Below are positions 38,901 to 49,986 of a DNA stretch of 64,000 bases, in pieces (within the stretch, counting starts at the first letter, position 1; each line of letters begins with the position of its first letter). A program made the translations under genes and the position numbers. The notes beneath the pieces were generated by a model. That model was given only the letters and a program-made list of their open reading frames with translations. It ran no database searches and was not told where the DNA came from. Source of the DNA: Auanema rhodensis (taxonomy: Eukaryota; Animalia; Nematoda); contig OZ059897.1 of the NCBI GenBank assembly GCA_964057225.1, forward strand, positions 9,238,001 to 9,302,000. Direction: 5' to 3'.

Positions 38901-41601
38901 TTTGCAGGAATGTTCAAATTCTATATTTTCTTTTTTTCAGGCCTTTGATCGAGTCATTGAAAGTTTTAGGCAATTGGCCAATCCTTCAAACTCAAAAATG
39001 GAATGACGAAAATTTTTCTTTGACAGGTAATTTAACATAATAATTTGAGAAACCATTATTTAATATGTTTCAATTTCAGATTTATTGGCACGAGTGAGAC
39101 GTTACGAAGGTGCTGATGTGTTTTTCCAAGTTTATGTGTATGGAGATGCTAAAAGAACTACAAAAAATGTTCTTTATGTAATATCTAATAAAACAAAAGT
39201 CTTATAGGGGAATCATAATTGATATTTTAGATTGATCAGGGCACTTTGACATTAGGTCGTGGTTCTCGTGATTACTATCTGAACAATACCTTATTCGCTA
39301 ACCATGTGGATGCCTATCGCCAATATATGTTAGAAGTAATCCAATAATTTTTTTTGAAACATTCTGATGAAACATCATTTGCAGGGCTTGAAATTGCTTT
39401 TAGCCGATACGAATATTATAAGAAACGATATGAGCTTGCTTTCAGATATCAATGAGATTATTCAATTTGAAACAGAATTGGCCAAAGTATTATATAAACT
39501 TGCAAATATTCTAAAATTTATTTTTTGCATTACAGATAACAGTACCAGAAGACGAACGAAGGAATAATACAAGAATGTATAACAAGCGAACGCTCAAAGA
39601 TCTTTCAGAATATTTGCCACAGGTTTCTTTTCAACCATTTTCAAGAAAATATAGGCATATACATATATGAAAGGAATGTGCGATTTTATTTGTTCGGAAT
39701 TTGTTGATTCATAAAAGAAAATTTTGAAGAAACGGAAGTGAATTTTGAAGAAAACTTTGCTAAATCAGATAATTTTAAATATTCAATTCTACAGGTTGAC
39801 TGGGTAGCATACTTTACAACAATATCTCCAAATGACATAGCTCATTTATTTAATAATGATACAGAAATTATTGTGTGTGAAGTTGAATTCTTATCCAAGG
39901 TATTAATTATTATAATGTTATTTATTTATTAAAATGAAAAATTCATTAATAGGTTTCTGAATTGATCAAAAATACAAGACCTGAACTATTGGTCAACTAT
40001 ATTTTATGGAAAGTTGTTCAAACTAATGTTCGTTATTTGGATGAACGTTTCGATGATATCAAACAAGTTTGCTCTTTTTTCAACAGCCTATCCTCAAAAT
40101 ATGCTAATTTTAGGATTTTGTTCGTGTTATGACTGGCCAGATGCAAAGATCTCCGCGGTGGAAGGACTGTGCACAGGTTCCAAGTACTATTCTACCACAA
40201 GCTGCTGGAGCCATTTATGTCAATGCTCACTTCGCTTCTGAAGATAAAAAGGAAGCCATGGTTTGAAACTTCAAAGCTAGAAAAAAATTTATTACGTCAT
40301 TTACAGGCCATGATTGAGCTTTTAAGATCATCATTCACTGAATTAGTTAGAACAAGTGATTGGATGGATGAGGACACAAAGGTTATTGCTGTTGAAAAGG
40401 TATATAATATTTGGTGGAGAGATATGAAGTGGGAAACATATTCCAGGCTAATTCTATGATCAATCACATTGGTTACCCTGAGATTGTAAAAGATAATGCT
40501 AAGTTGGACAAAGAATACGCTGAAGTAGTAAATAACAACTTTTCATAAGCATATTCTAATATTTCAGCTGGAAATTCTACCAACTGATACATATTATTCT
40601 CTAATGCAGAAAGCTGTGTTCTGGATGCAGAATAAAGAGATGAGGAAGCTACTGAAGGAATTTGATCGAAAAGAGTTTGATATCTCACCAGCAGTTGTTA
40701 ACGCATTTTACGCTCCTGAACGTAACGCTATATGTAAGCTTTTGCTGTATTCTTGGAAACTCTTAAAGCAGCCTCGGGAGTATATGTTAATTATTCGAAA
40801 AATATATTTGCAGCATTTCCTGCTGGAATTCTGCAGCCTCCATTCTTTAGCGGATCATTCCCTAAGGCTATCAATTATGGAGCTATGGGTGCTGTAATTG
40901 GGCATGAGATTACTCATGGATTTGATGATCAAGGTAACTCCATATTTATTAAAGATAATTTATTTAAAAATTATTAAAATTCAGGAAGTCAATACGATAA
41001 AACAGGAAATCTTGAAAATTGGTGGAGCGCAACGTCTATGGCAGCATTCAATGAGAGAAAACAATGTATTGTTGATCAGTACAGTAATTACGTCGTCCCT
41101 AAAACAACATACAGGGTATATTGTATTAATTGAAATAGTTATATATACACATATTTAATTCCAGGTTAATGGAAAACTAACTCAGGGCGAGAATATTGCA
41201 GACAATGGTGGATTGAAAGAAGCTTATCATGTTGGTTTTTTCTAAGTAAACAAGTTTTGATATGCAAAAATATATTCAGGCTTATCAAACTTATGTCAAA
41301 ACAAATGGAGAGGAAAAAAGATTACCAGGACTAGAGCAATATTCCAATAATCAAATATTTTTCTTAAGCTACGCTCATGTAATATTTTGACTTTTATTAA
41401 GATTTTTCAATTAAAAAAATTTAGTTCTGGTGTGGACAGAAGAAAGATGCTGCTGCTATGCAACAAGTTCTGACTGATGAACATTCTCCTGAAATTTTCC
41501 GAGTAAAAGGCGTTCTTTCAAACTTGGCGCAATTTTCCGAAGCTTATAGCTGTCCACAAGGTAGTGCTTTCAATCCAGAAAAGAAATGTGTAGTCTGGTA
41601 A
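35969..41601 (+). CDS. nep-11: Neprilysin (M13 zinc metallopeptidase), type II membrane protein
   Basis: N-terminus [23 protein letters not shown]...GPPPREPP and [14 protein letters not shown] resemble C. elegans NEP-11 as I recall it. TM helix, [33 protein letters not shown] (HEXXH), [10 protein letters not shown]-terminal KCVVW*. Confidence 0.93.
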
Positions 41602-42520
41602 TTTTGCTTTTCATCAATTAAGTCCACGGCCCCTCACAGCTCAGTTCAGATCTGTGTATTTTGTTGTCAGATATTTATTAAGTGAATTTTTAAATGATTT
41701 ATTAAACTGATGAAATGAATTGGGCAGACTAGTTTCATTTCTTCGTTATTAACTCTTGTTTCTTCTTTTTTTTTTCAAATCTACTTCTGTTTATATTAAT
41801 CATCTTGAAAATTTGTTGAATATCATTCCATTGTAGTCCTAATTACTACTAAGCAAATTTCATTACAATTGTATTCATAAAAAAATTTATATATATATAT
41901 ATACTTACCTATATTCATGTATATGTATTTGTTTATCATTAGAAGATTTCTACATTGATAATCCGCTTAACCCTCACCTTCCCCGGTTACCTGCCACGTG
42001 TATGAAAACTGGCCTTCCTTACTTCAAAACTGACTCGAAAATTCAGTTTTAAATGTGAAATTTTGGTTGTCCATATCGTGCGAACCAACCTAAACAACCA
42101 TATCTCGAATATATGTCAGTGTAGTTTTCATAATATGTATAATAGTGAAGAGGAGCATAAATATTTGGTTTGGAATTGTTTTTAATACAAATATTTTTAT
42201 TCATATCTATTTGTTTCTTTCATTACTTGTGTGCAACCGTTCACCGCGAATTACGATTAAGCAATGAAAATCACAATAAACAAATTGATATATGCAACTA
42301 CAGTAAATAAAAAATAAAATAATAATTTTACTTGAAAGATTGTTATTTAAGTTTTAAATGTTGTGCATGAAAATAAAAACATATTATACATATATGAATG
42401 TATGATGATGACATTACTTCTTCTCATATCTCCGGAAAATGCCACATAGTGCTTCATCGTCATGGCAACGCATATAAGTCCTTAAGACCGTCATTGCCAG
42501 GTCAAGCTTTGACATACAAG

Positions 42521-43565
42521 ATGGCTTTACTCAAAAACGCTGACTTTAATATTTATAATAATGTTATTCGTACATTTCTATCTGAATTAGTTGGAACTAC
42601 AATATTTGTTTTTTTAAGTACGGTATTTTAAGTTTAGAATTTGATTTTAAATTTAAATTTTCTTCTTGATATTAACTTTTCAGCCTCATTGAGCTATTCA
42701 CCTTACGATCACGGTCCTGCATTATTTCCTATTTTATCTGGGTTATCTTTACTTGTAGCACAACTGTGTTATTATCATATTAGTGGAGCCTACTATAACC
42801 CAGGTTTTTTATAAGCTTTATTTTCTGCACTAAATTATCTTTTAAATATTTAAATGAAATATTCTAGTAATTACAATTAGCCGATTCGTGCATGGCAACC
42901 TTCCGGTTTACTCTGTTGTGTGTTATGTTGCTGCTCAGATTTTAGGAGGATTCTTCGGTGCTGTGCTATTCAGATCTATTGTTTCCTATTTTGTATTCAA
43001 AGATTCATTTTTACCAAATGCTATCATGACGTACAATCATATAGAAAAAGTTTCGCGATTACAGGTTCTATTGATGAATGTTCTTTTTATGTTTGAAATA
43101 TTATCATTTAGGCTTTCATATTAGAAGCAATCTGCACTAGTATATTATGCACAGTCAGGCATAATTTAGATCAAGAAAAGGCTAGTAGTAAAATAGAGAC
43201 TCAATGGGTTATTCCTATCGTATGGGTAAGCTAAAGAAACTGAAACTTGCTTGAGATACCTTCCAATTACAGACATCTGTCACTGCCATTTGCCAGCCGT
43301 TGATAGGGCAAGCTAACAATATCGCTTTAGTGTTTGGCCAAACGATAGTGTTTCATGTTTTCACGGAGCAGGATCAATATACTAATTTCCTATATTTGAA
43401 TATACTATCGGGCTTAGTTGCAATTCTGATTTTTTCAATAATTCAAAGGTATCTTCCAAAGATTTGTTCAACTGTTTCAAAAATATTCATTTCAGGACAC
43501 AAAAAGAATATGATGTTAGTGAAGTTACATTGCCGGCAACGAGAAATCAATTAGAAGCAGATTAA
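42521..43565 (+). CDS. aqp-12: Divergent aquaporin/MIP channel (about 255 aa, 6 exons), aqp-12-like
   Basis: FLSELVGTTIFVFL (TM1), HISGAYYNPVITI (loop B), YVAAQILGGFFGAVL (TM3), AFILEAICT (TM4), GQANNIALVFG (loop E). The MIP call is solid; the symbol rests on divergence plus recalled synteny and is less certain. Confidence 0.8.
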
Positions 43566-43855
43566 ACAAATTAAAACTCTTTGATTATTAAAACAATATA
43601 GATTTATTATCTTGAAGTGAAATATATTAATATTTGATATTGAAAAGTTGAACCCGTTAAGTGATCATAAACGGAAAATAAAGAAATTAGTAGATGAATT
43701 GCCTTATAATATGAAGTAGAATAGTACAAGAAGAAAAGCTTAGCACAAGATATTTGAGTCATATCACATATTAAAAAATGAATTATGTATTAGAGATTAA
43801 AAATTCGAGCGATATAAATTACTAAAAATTAGAAACTTTTATAAACTTTTATAAA

Positions 43856-46800
43856 CTAATCATAGCCTCCGGCGAGACGGAGCATATCCTCTCTCAATTT
43901 CTTCATTTTTTCTAAATCTTGAGCTGTCTTCTGCCCATGCGATTTTATGGAATCCAACTATAATATTACAATTTTAGGAAAGACAATTTTTATAGTTATA
44001 CCTCATCGGATAGCTCCTTACTTTCTTTCCGCCATTTTTCCAAGTCTTTATCATATTTGCGATTCAATGATAGAAGGTCTAATTTTAAATCTAAAATAAT
44101 CACTGAGAAATGGTTTAGTTTTGCTCAACATACGTTCAATAGACTTTGAAAGTAGATCAATCTCTTTTTCTTTGTCAAGTAAAGTCATCGAAGCCCTGCA
44201 ACATAAGCCGTAGAAAAAAACTATTAATTTATACAAACATTTCTAAACGTTTTTTCTGATCTTCAGCCTGTTTGCGAGCTTGCGTAACTAATTCTCTTTC
44301 CTCAGCAACTTGAACGTTTAATTCATCTTTCTCTTGGCGAGTTTTCATAATTCTGAAAGAGCAATTAATGTTCACAAGGGATAATAGTAGATCACTTACT
44401 CATCCATCATCTCTTTGACTCTGCGTTCCCCCGTAACTTTTGTTAAGTGAAGTTCTTCTTCCAAATTTTTGTTCTTGGTTGTCAGATTCTCTGTTTCTTC
44501 CACTAAACTACGGATTCGTACTATCTAAAAAGCAATGATATAAGAAGAAAATAGATGTTAACACATACATCTGTACCGCTCGAACTTCCTTTAGACTGAA
44601 CTCTAAATTGTTCAGTAGAAATCATAAAATTCTCTAGCTGATGAATTCGGGTCTAAAAAATAATAAGAATGCTACGAAATAAATGAGAGAACAACCTTCA
44701 TAACAGATCTTTGAATGTCATAAGCTTTTAACACATCTGACATTTTCGGGTCTTTCATCTAAAAGAAAGAATATAGCTGACTAACGAGAAAACAAAAGCG
44801 AAGGCCAGCAAGATGACATGAGCAAATAAGACTGTAACTGTTCCCAACCTCAAGGCCTAGACGAAGTTTATTAAGAATTTCATCAAGTGATCGAATCTTG
44901 TCAGGATTATACTGAGTGTTATCTAGATCCTGTTTCGAATCTGTACAATCCATCTGCTCCGGGGATACTCGTTCAGAATGTTTCGAAGAGTTTGCTATCC
45001 GATTAGCCACTATTTCCATTTGGTGTTGATTAGCGATAGTGCAAGATACTATCAAGTCACCCAGTCTAAAATGGGAGAATTCCAAACGAAACTGCTAGAA
45101 AGAATTATACAATTGAGTAGGAAATGCTTGAACTTGAGAGCAATGAGTGTAAAGAAGCAAAGCATCATGAACCATTTCGTGGTCTCCATTCGCAATAGCA
45201 TAAGCCATGAATGGAACTAATCTTTCATCCTAGACAAAGAAACATTTTTAGAGAAGTTTGAGAAAGTATTGAGACAAACCTTTAAAGAGTTCCAATATTG
45301 AATTTTATGCGGTTTTGAATGATCTTTTAATACAGCTAACAGCTTTATCAGATCTAATACAATAGAAATTCCATGAATACTAAAAACAATTTACTTTTTT
45401 TAAATATATTCATCCTTACCTCCAATCAGGAAGTGATTTAGCCCTTTGCGTCGGGGGTTTTGCCATCTGAACAACTATAGGATTTGTAAGAAGTTGGAAC
45501 TCAGCAATGTGTCCACATAGAGCAGCAGAAGCCAAGCTAAGAAGCTCAGCTCTAATATCTTCTTCGTGGGAACAAGCTAAGTATTATACGTTACTGTTTT
45601 TCCCATTATACTCAATTACCTTCAGCTAATCGAAGTCCTTCAACTATAAGTTTGCACTGAGCGTTAGCTTCATCTTCGCTGGTTATCACAGAAGTTTTCA
45701 AAGCGTTGGCTAGAAAAATGAAAAATGAATAAAAATTACAATTACTTTTAGAATACCAATTATAGAAATTACTTGATCCGGTGGCAAAAAAGAAGAAATC
45801 GGCCGATTTGAATCAACAATTTCCTAAATAAAGAAATTAACTATGCGATGAAAAACCAAAGAAAATTCGAACTTTACACAACAGGGTTAGTAACCTCATA
45901 GCCTTAATAGGAATAAGGGAATCAATTGCTGCTGAACCTGACATTCCTGCAGTTTTTAGAACAGCTAATACAGGAGTCGTTAAACGAGCTTCTGTTGGAG
46001 GAGATTTAATCTGTAATTTGAATTATTCATATATCATAATCAGAAATAACTTACAATAGCTAAGCATACGGGACTTTTCAATTGAGTCAATTTACAAAAT
46101 GACAGAAAGAGATCATAAATCTGAATATCGAGAAAACAATTTTGAAGAATATTAATATAAACTGACCTTAGTGCTTTCTTCTATTCTAGGATCTAAAGTT
46201 ACAAAAAGTTCTGCTATCCGTTGAATGCTGCTTTCGAAATAGGGATAATGCATCACATCTTTGCCTGTGGATGTTATAACAGGGACAGATGATAACTAAA
46301 ATAAAAAGATATCATAAAAATCATATCATCCAGTTACAGTTGGAGCATCCGATACAACAAGTCTTTTCAATAAATCAGAAGCAATTTGTCTGGTCATAAG
46401 ACAATCTCCATCACCCATAGCTACAACATTGAAAACACATTTGAAAGTCTCCGCGATATTTAGAGGACAAAAAACCTTAACACATAATTTGCAGAAGAAT
46501 AAGATTTGTTTGTTTAGTATAATGTACAATACGTACCATATCTCTGATTTTCTCATCTAAATAACCAACTAAGATCAAACATGATACTACGACAACTCGA
46601 GAGTCGTGAGATAATAGTTTAACAATCCGGCGACAAAATGCTTTAAATGAGGACTAAATTTATTCTTCCATTATTTCAGATAGTAAAACTAAACTTACTG
46701 AACGCTTGATTCGATTACAAACAGTTTTAGACCGAGAAGCTAAATTACACAAAATTGCGATACAATAAGGCATCCACTCCATTTCGTCTTCTCGATTTCT

Positions 46801-47523
46801 GAAATGAAATTATTTAAGTTTGCATTTTTTATTGCGTGCATACACTTCTGTCATCAAAAAAGAGATCAAGTCATTTGCCCAAATACCCAAGACTATCGTT
46901 TTCTCGTAGGTTAATACCTGTAAGAATCAGCACAAATAACAATATGAGAAAATTACCTGTAAAAGTCTGAGAATATCAATCATATTTTGAGGACCCAATT
47001 GCTCTTTCAAGGACCTCTTCAGACATTCAAATACTGGATTACACAATTCAAGATCAGCTGCCATATATCGTCTCAACCGAATATTATGCATAGCTAAATC
47101 AATTTTTACACTACAAAATTCGCCAACGAGATTTTTACCTATATTAAACAGAAGTCTATGCATCTTACTCCTGGTGGATGCAGAAGTTGTTGGTGACGAT
47201 AAAACCAAAAGCGCATTATTGAGAAGCTCCGCAACAGCAGGATTTGCAAGTGAGAGTCGAGCAGTAGGGTCAACTGAAGGAAGAGCCCGGAGCAAGCACT
47301 TTAAATATGAAAATCAATTTAGAATCACACTTTTTAGAAATAAAAAATATTAATTTTCCTAATTTACATGTTAGAATACATTAAACTCATTTAAACATAT
47401 GAAACATACAATTATGGCATCTTCGAACACAGTTGTGTTCCCTGCATTTGGATCAGCCACATACCGAGCTCCGGTGGTGACGGTCTTTCCAAGAAGACCA
47501 TCTAGTCCTGCAGGATATTGCAT
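43856..47523 (-). CDS. CIP2A: CIP2A (cancerous inhibitor of PP2A) homolog: armadillo-like N-terminus plus C-terminal coiled coil
   Basis: tttcag acceptor 3 nt before the ATG. Spliced LLQVLTYE...DLISFLM...EWMPYCIAILCNLASRS...FKAFCRRIVKLLSHDSRVVVVSCL...FCPLNIAETFKCVFNVVAMGDGDCLMTRQIASDLL parallels human CIP2A (LLQKLTY...MPCLGLLANLC...LLAHSSLTVVV...GDGTLTRKYSVDLL). E/K-rich tail ends MLRLAGGYD*. Confidence 0.85.
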
Positions 47524-47645
47524 AGACTGAAATTTCACATAGAGAAATGATCTGAGACAATCTATAGTTAATTTTTCAAAACGGCAAACAAACTGGGAAT
47601 ATATGATGGAAAGTCCTGACTAATATGGGCGTAGCGAAATATTCA

Positions 47646-47654
47646 CGCGCGAAA
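47646..47654 (-). promoter_or_regulatory. E2F/DP-like site upstream of the CIP2A homolog
   Basis: TTTCGCGCG on the minus strand about 125 nt upstream of the ATG, with TTTGAA (CHR-like) at 47575-47580. Confidence 0.45.
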
Positions 47655-49029
47655 CGATAGGAACAGCAAACATTACGGAATGTAAATGCCTTATGCAGAA
47701 AATTTTACGAAATCGATCTTAAATCACTAGAGCAACGATAAATGAGCAGCTGGGGGTACAAAAACTTTCATTTCGTGTAACAAGACAAAGTGTTACAAAT
47801 ATGGTAACGAAGGGAAAGCTTAGATGAAGAGTCTACTTGACATGAACAAACAAGAAACCTAGTAGGAAAACAAAGACCTTGGGATATAATGCATCGTACG
47901 CTATGTATTTGACTTCAACGGACAGCAGGTATCTACGTTTGGCTTAACAAATGCGTAAACAACATCCACCTAATAAAGCCGATTTAATAACTGAATCCTA
48001 CCAGGTGACCTCACCGGCAAAAATGCAGATTATCAGCATGACCAAATCTGGCCAATTGAGTGAGGGATATCTATTTTATTCACATTTGCTGAATCAATTT
48101 CAAAAAACTGTACAACTGCAAACTTCAATAGAAACAACCAACAGTTTCATGTAAAATTTTGATGTATACTACAACAATTAAAAAAAAAAGTAATATAATA
48201 AATGTATTGATAAATTACCCATATATTCTAATTGATAAAGTTGTTCGGTAAGTTTTGAAAAGATCAAGTAGATCCCTACATTAAGCTGGTATGGTAATTC
48301 TCTCTCACACTCAGGTTAAAATTTTATTTATTAATCCTGGCGCGCAAACTAGCGCCCTTTATGATTAAATCAAACCTTGTGCTTAATGTTGGTTAAATAT
48401 ACCATCTATAAGAGCATAATTTTAACCAAATCTAACTCATATCTTACACACATGTATATTTCGTTATTGTTTATGATCAAAATATTAATATGTGAATGTA
48501 TTCTTTTGACGAAATTATTAATTAATCATCAATTAAAATACAGTGAATAAATTCGAAATCTGATCTTACCAAATATTTAAATACCCAATTCCTGATTATA
48601 GGGATAAGATTCTCTATTATTTTACATACAACCGATCATCATATCTTTGTTGTTTTGAATGAAACGTCTAATTTTTTCATAATTCCCGAACTGTGGGCTT
48701 TGCAGTTGCACATATTTTTACTTAATTTTGAAATACAAATATTTTATTTTGGCGTTTGTATAATGGTTCCATTTGCTCAAAACCTATATTATTATTTTTT
48801 ACAAAGTTATAAAACTTTATTTTATTATTTACTTCTTATTGCATTTCTTTTTTTATCGTTAATTTCTAGGTTTTTTTTAAATGAACTGTTCACTTCTTTT
48901 ATTCTTCAGTTCAATTTATTATTATATACATACTAGATTTTATATGTACTTCCTTTTTGGCTTTTAATTGAAATACAAAAAAGGATAATCCTGCTATTAT
49001 TCAAGTCTTTGTTGCAGAAATCTTTTAAA

Positions 49030-49836
49030 ATGACGTACAACGGAATTGGATTACAGACCGCCAGAGGTTCTGGTACTAATGGATATGTTCAGGCAAATTT
49101 ATCAAGTTTGTTACTTTCTAAAGTAAGTAATTGATGTAGGAAGATTAATATAAATTAAATGAATTCAGAAAAAAATTGAATATAATGCCGAGGATGATAT
49201 CAAACGTATGGAAGCCGAAGTTAATAAAGCTCCTAATGAAGAACTACTAAATCATCAGAGAAAACGACAAGTAGAAATTAAAGTGGCTGAATTTGAAATG
49301 CTTATGGAAGATAAAGTAATTATAGATATATTGGCAATAACTTTTTGTTGAAATATTTTAGGGATTTGATGATGAAGAAATACAAAAGAAAACCAATGAC
49401 TATCGAAAGTTGTTACTAAGTCAGTTAGAAACCGGTGAACTGAATCTTGATGAAGAATTAGATATTCGAAATAGTCATGCTAAAATGCGCTATGCTAAAA
49501 ATGTAAGTATTTTTCTTCTTCTGTTGCTGGGAATGCATTTCTTTCAGAGTCGGGATAGGTGGCGTAATGCTTTTGGTTTAAAAACAGATTATGTTCCTGG
49601 AAGTTCTATGGACAAGTATGTTATTTTCTTTATTATTATTTTTTAATTTGTAGATAAAAATTTTACTTTTCAGTATGAAAAAAACTGATGTTGTTGGAGC
49701 TGTATTGGAAGCGGAACCTGTAGTTGAAGCTAAACCCGATATGCTCAGTGCCTTGAAAGAATTGAAGAAAGAAAGATCCAAGTCAAAGAAACTAAAGAAA
49801 GAAAAGAAAGAAAAGAAGAAGAAGTCAAAAAAGTAA
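49030..49836 (+). CDS. rsr-2: Cwc21/SRRM2 (SRm300) spliceosomal protein, short form (about 200 aa, 5 exons)
   Basis: MTYNGIGLQTARGSGTNGYVQANLS signature, cwf21 domain (PNEELLNHQRKRQVEIKVAEFEMLMEDKGFDDEEIQKKTNDYRKLL), Lys-rich end KKEKKEKKKKSKK*. AATAAA at 49874-49879. Confidence 0.92.
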
Positions 49837-49986
49837 TTTGTTGTTTAATTTAATTTTTGCTTAACTATCTGTTAATAAAGTGTATCAATGTATTTACTAA
49901 TTTTTTTACTAATACATAGGTTCGGGACCCGTATTTTTACAAATTGAAATACATAATATAAGTCATTCTTATGGATAGCATGTCCC

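Noticed and set aside
47951-48154. 67-aa ORF between CIP2A and rsr-2
   Set aside because: No recognisable homology or supporting exon structure. Probably divergent-promoter DNA.
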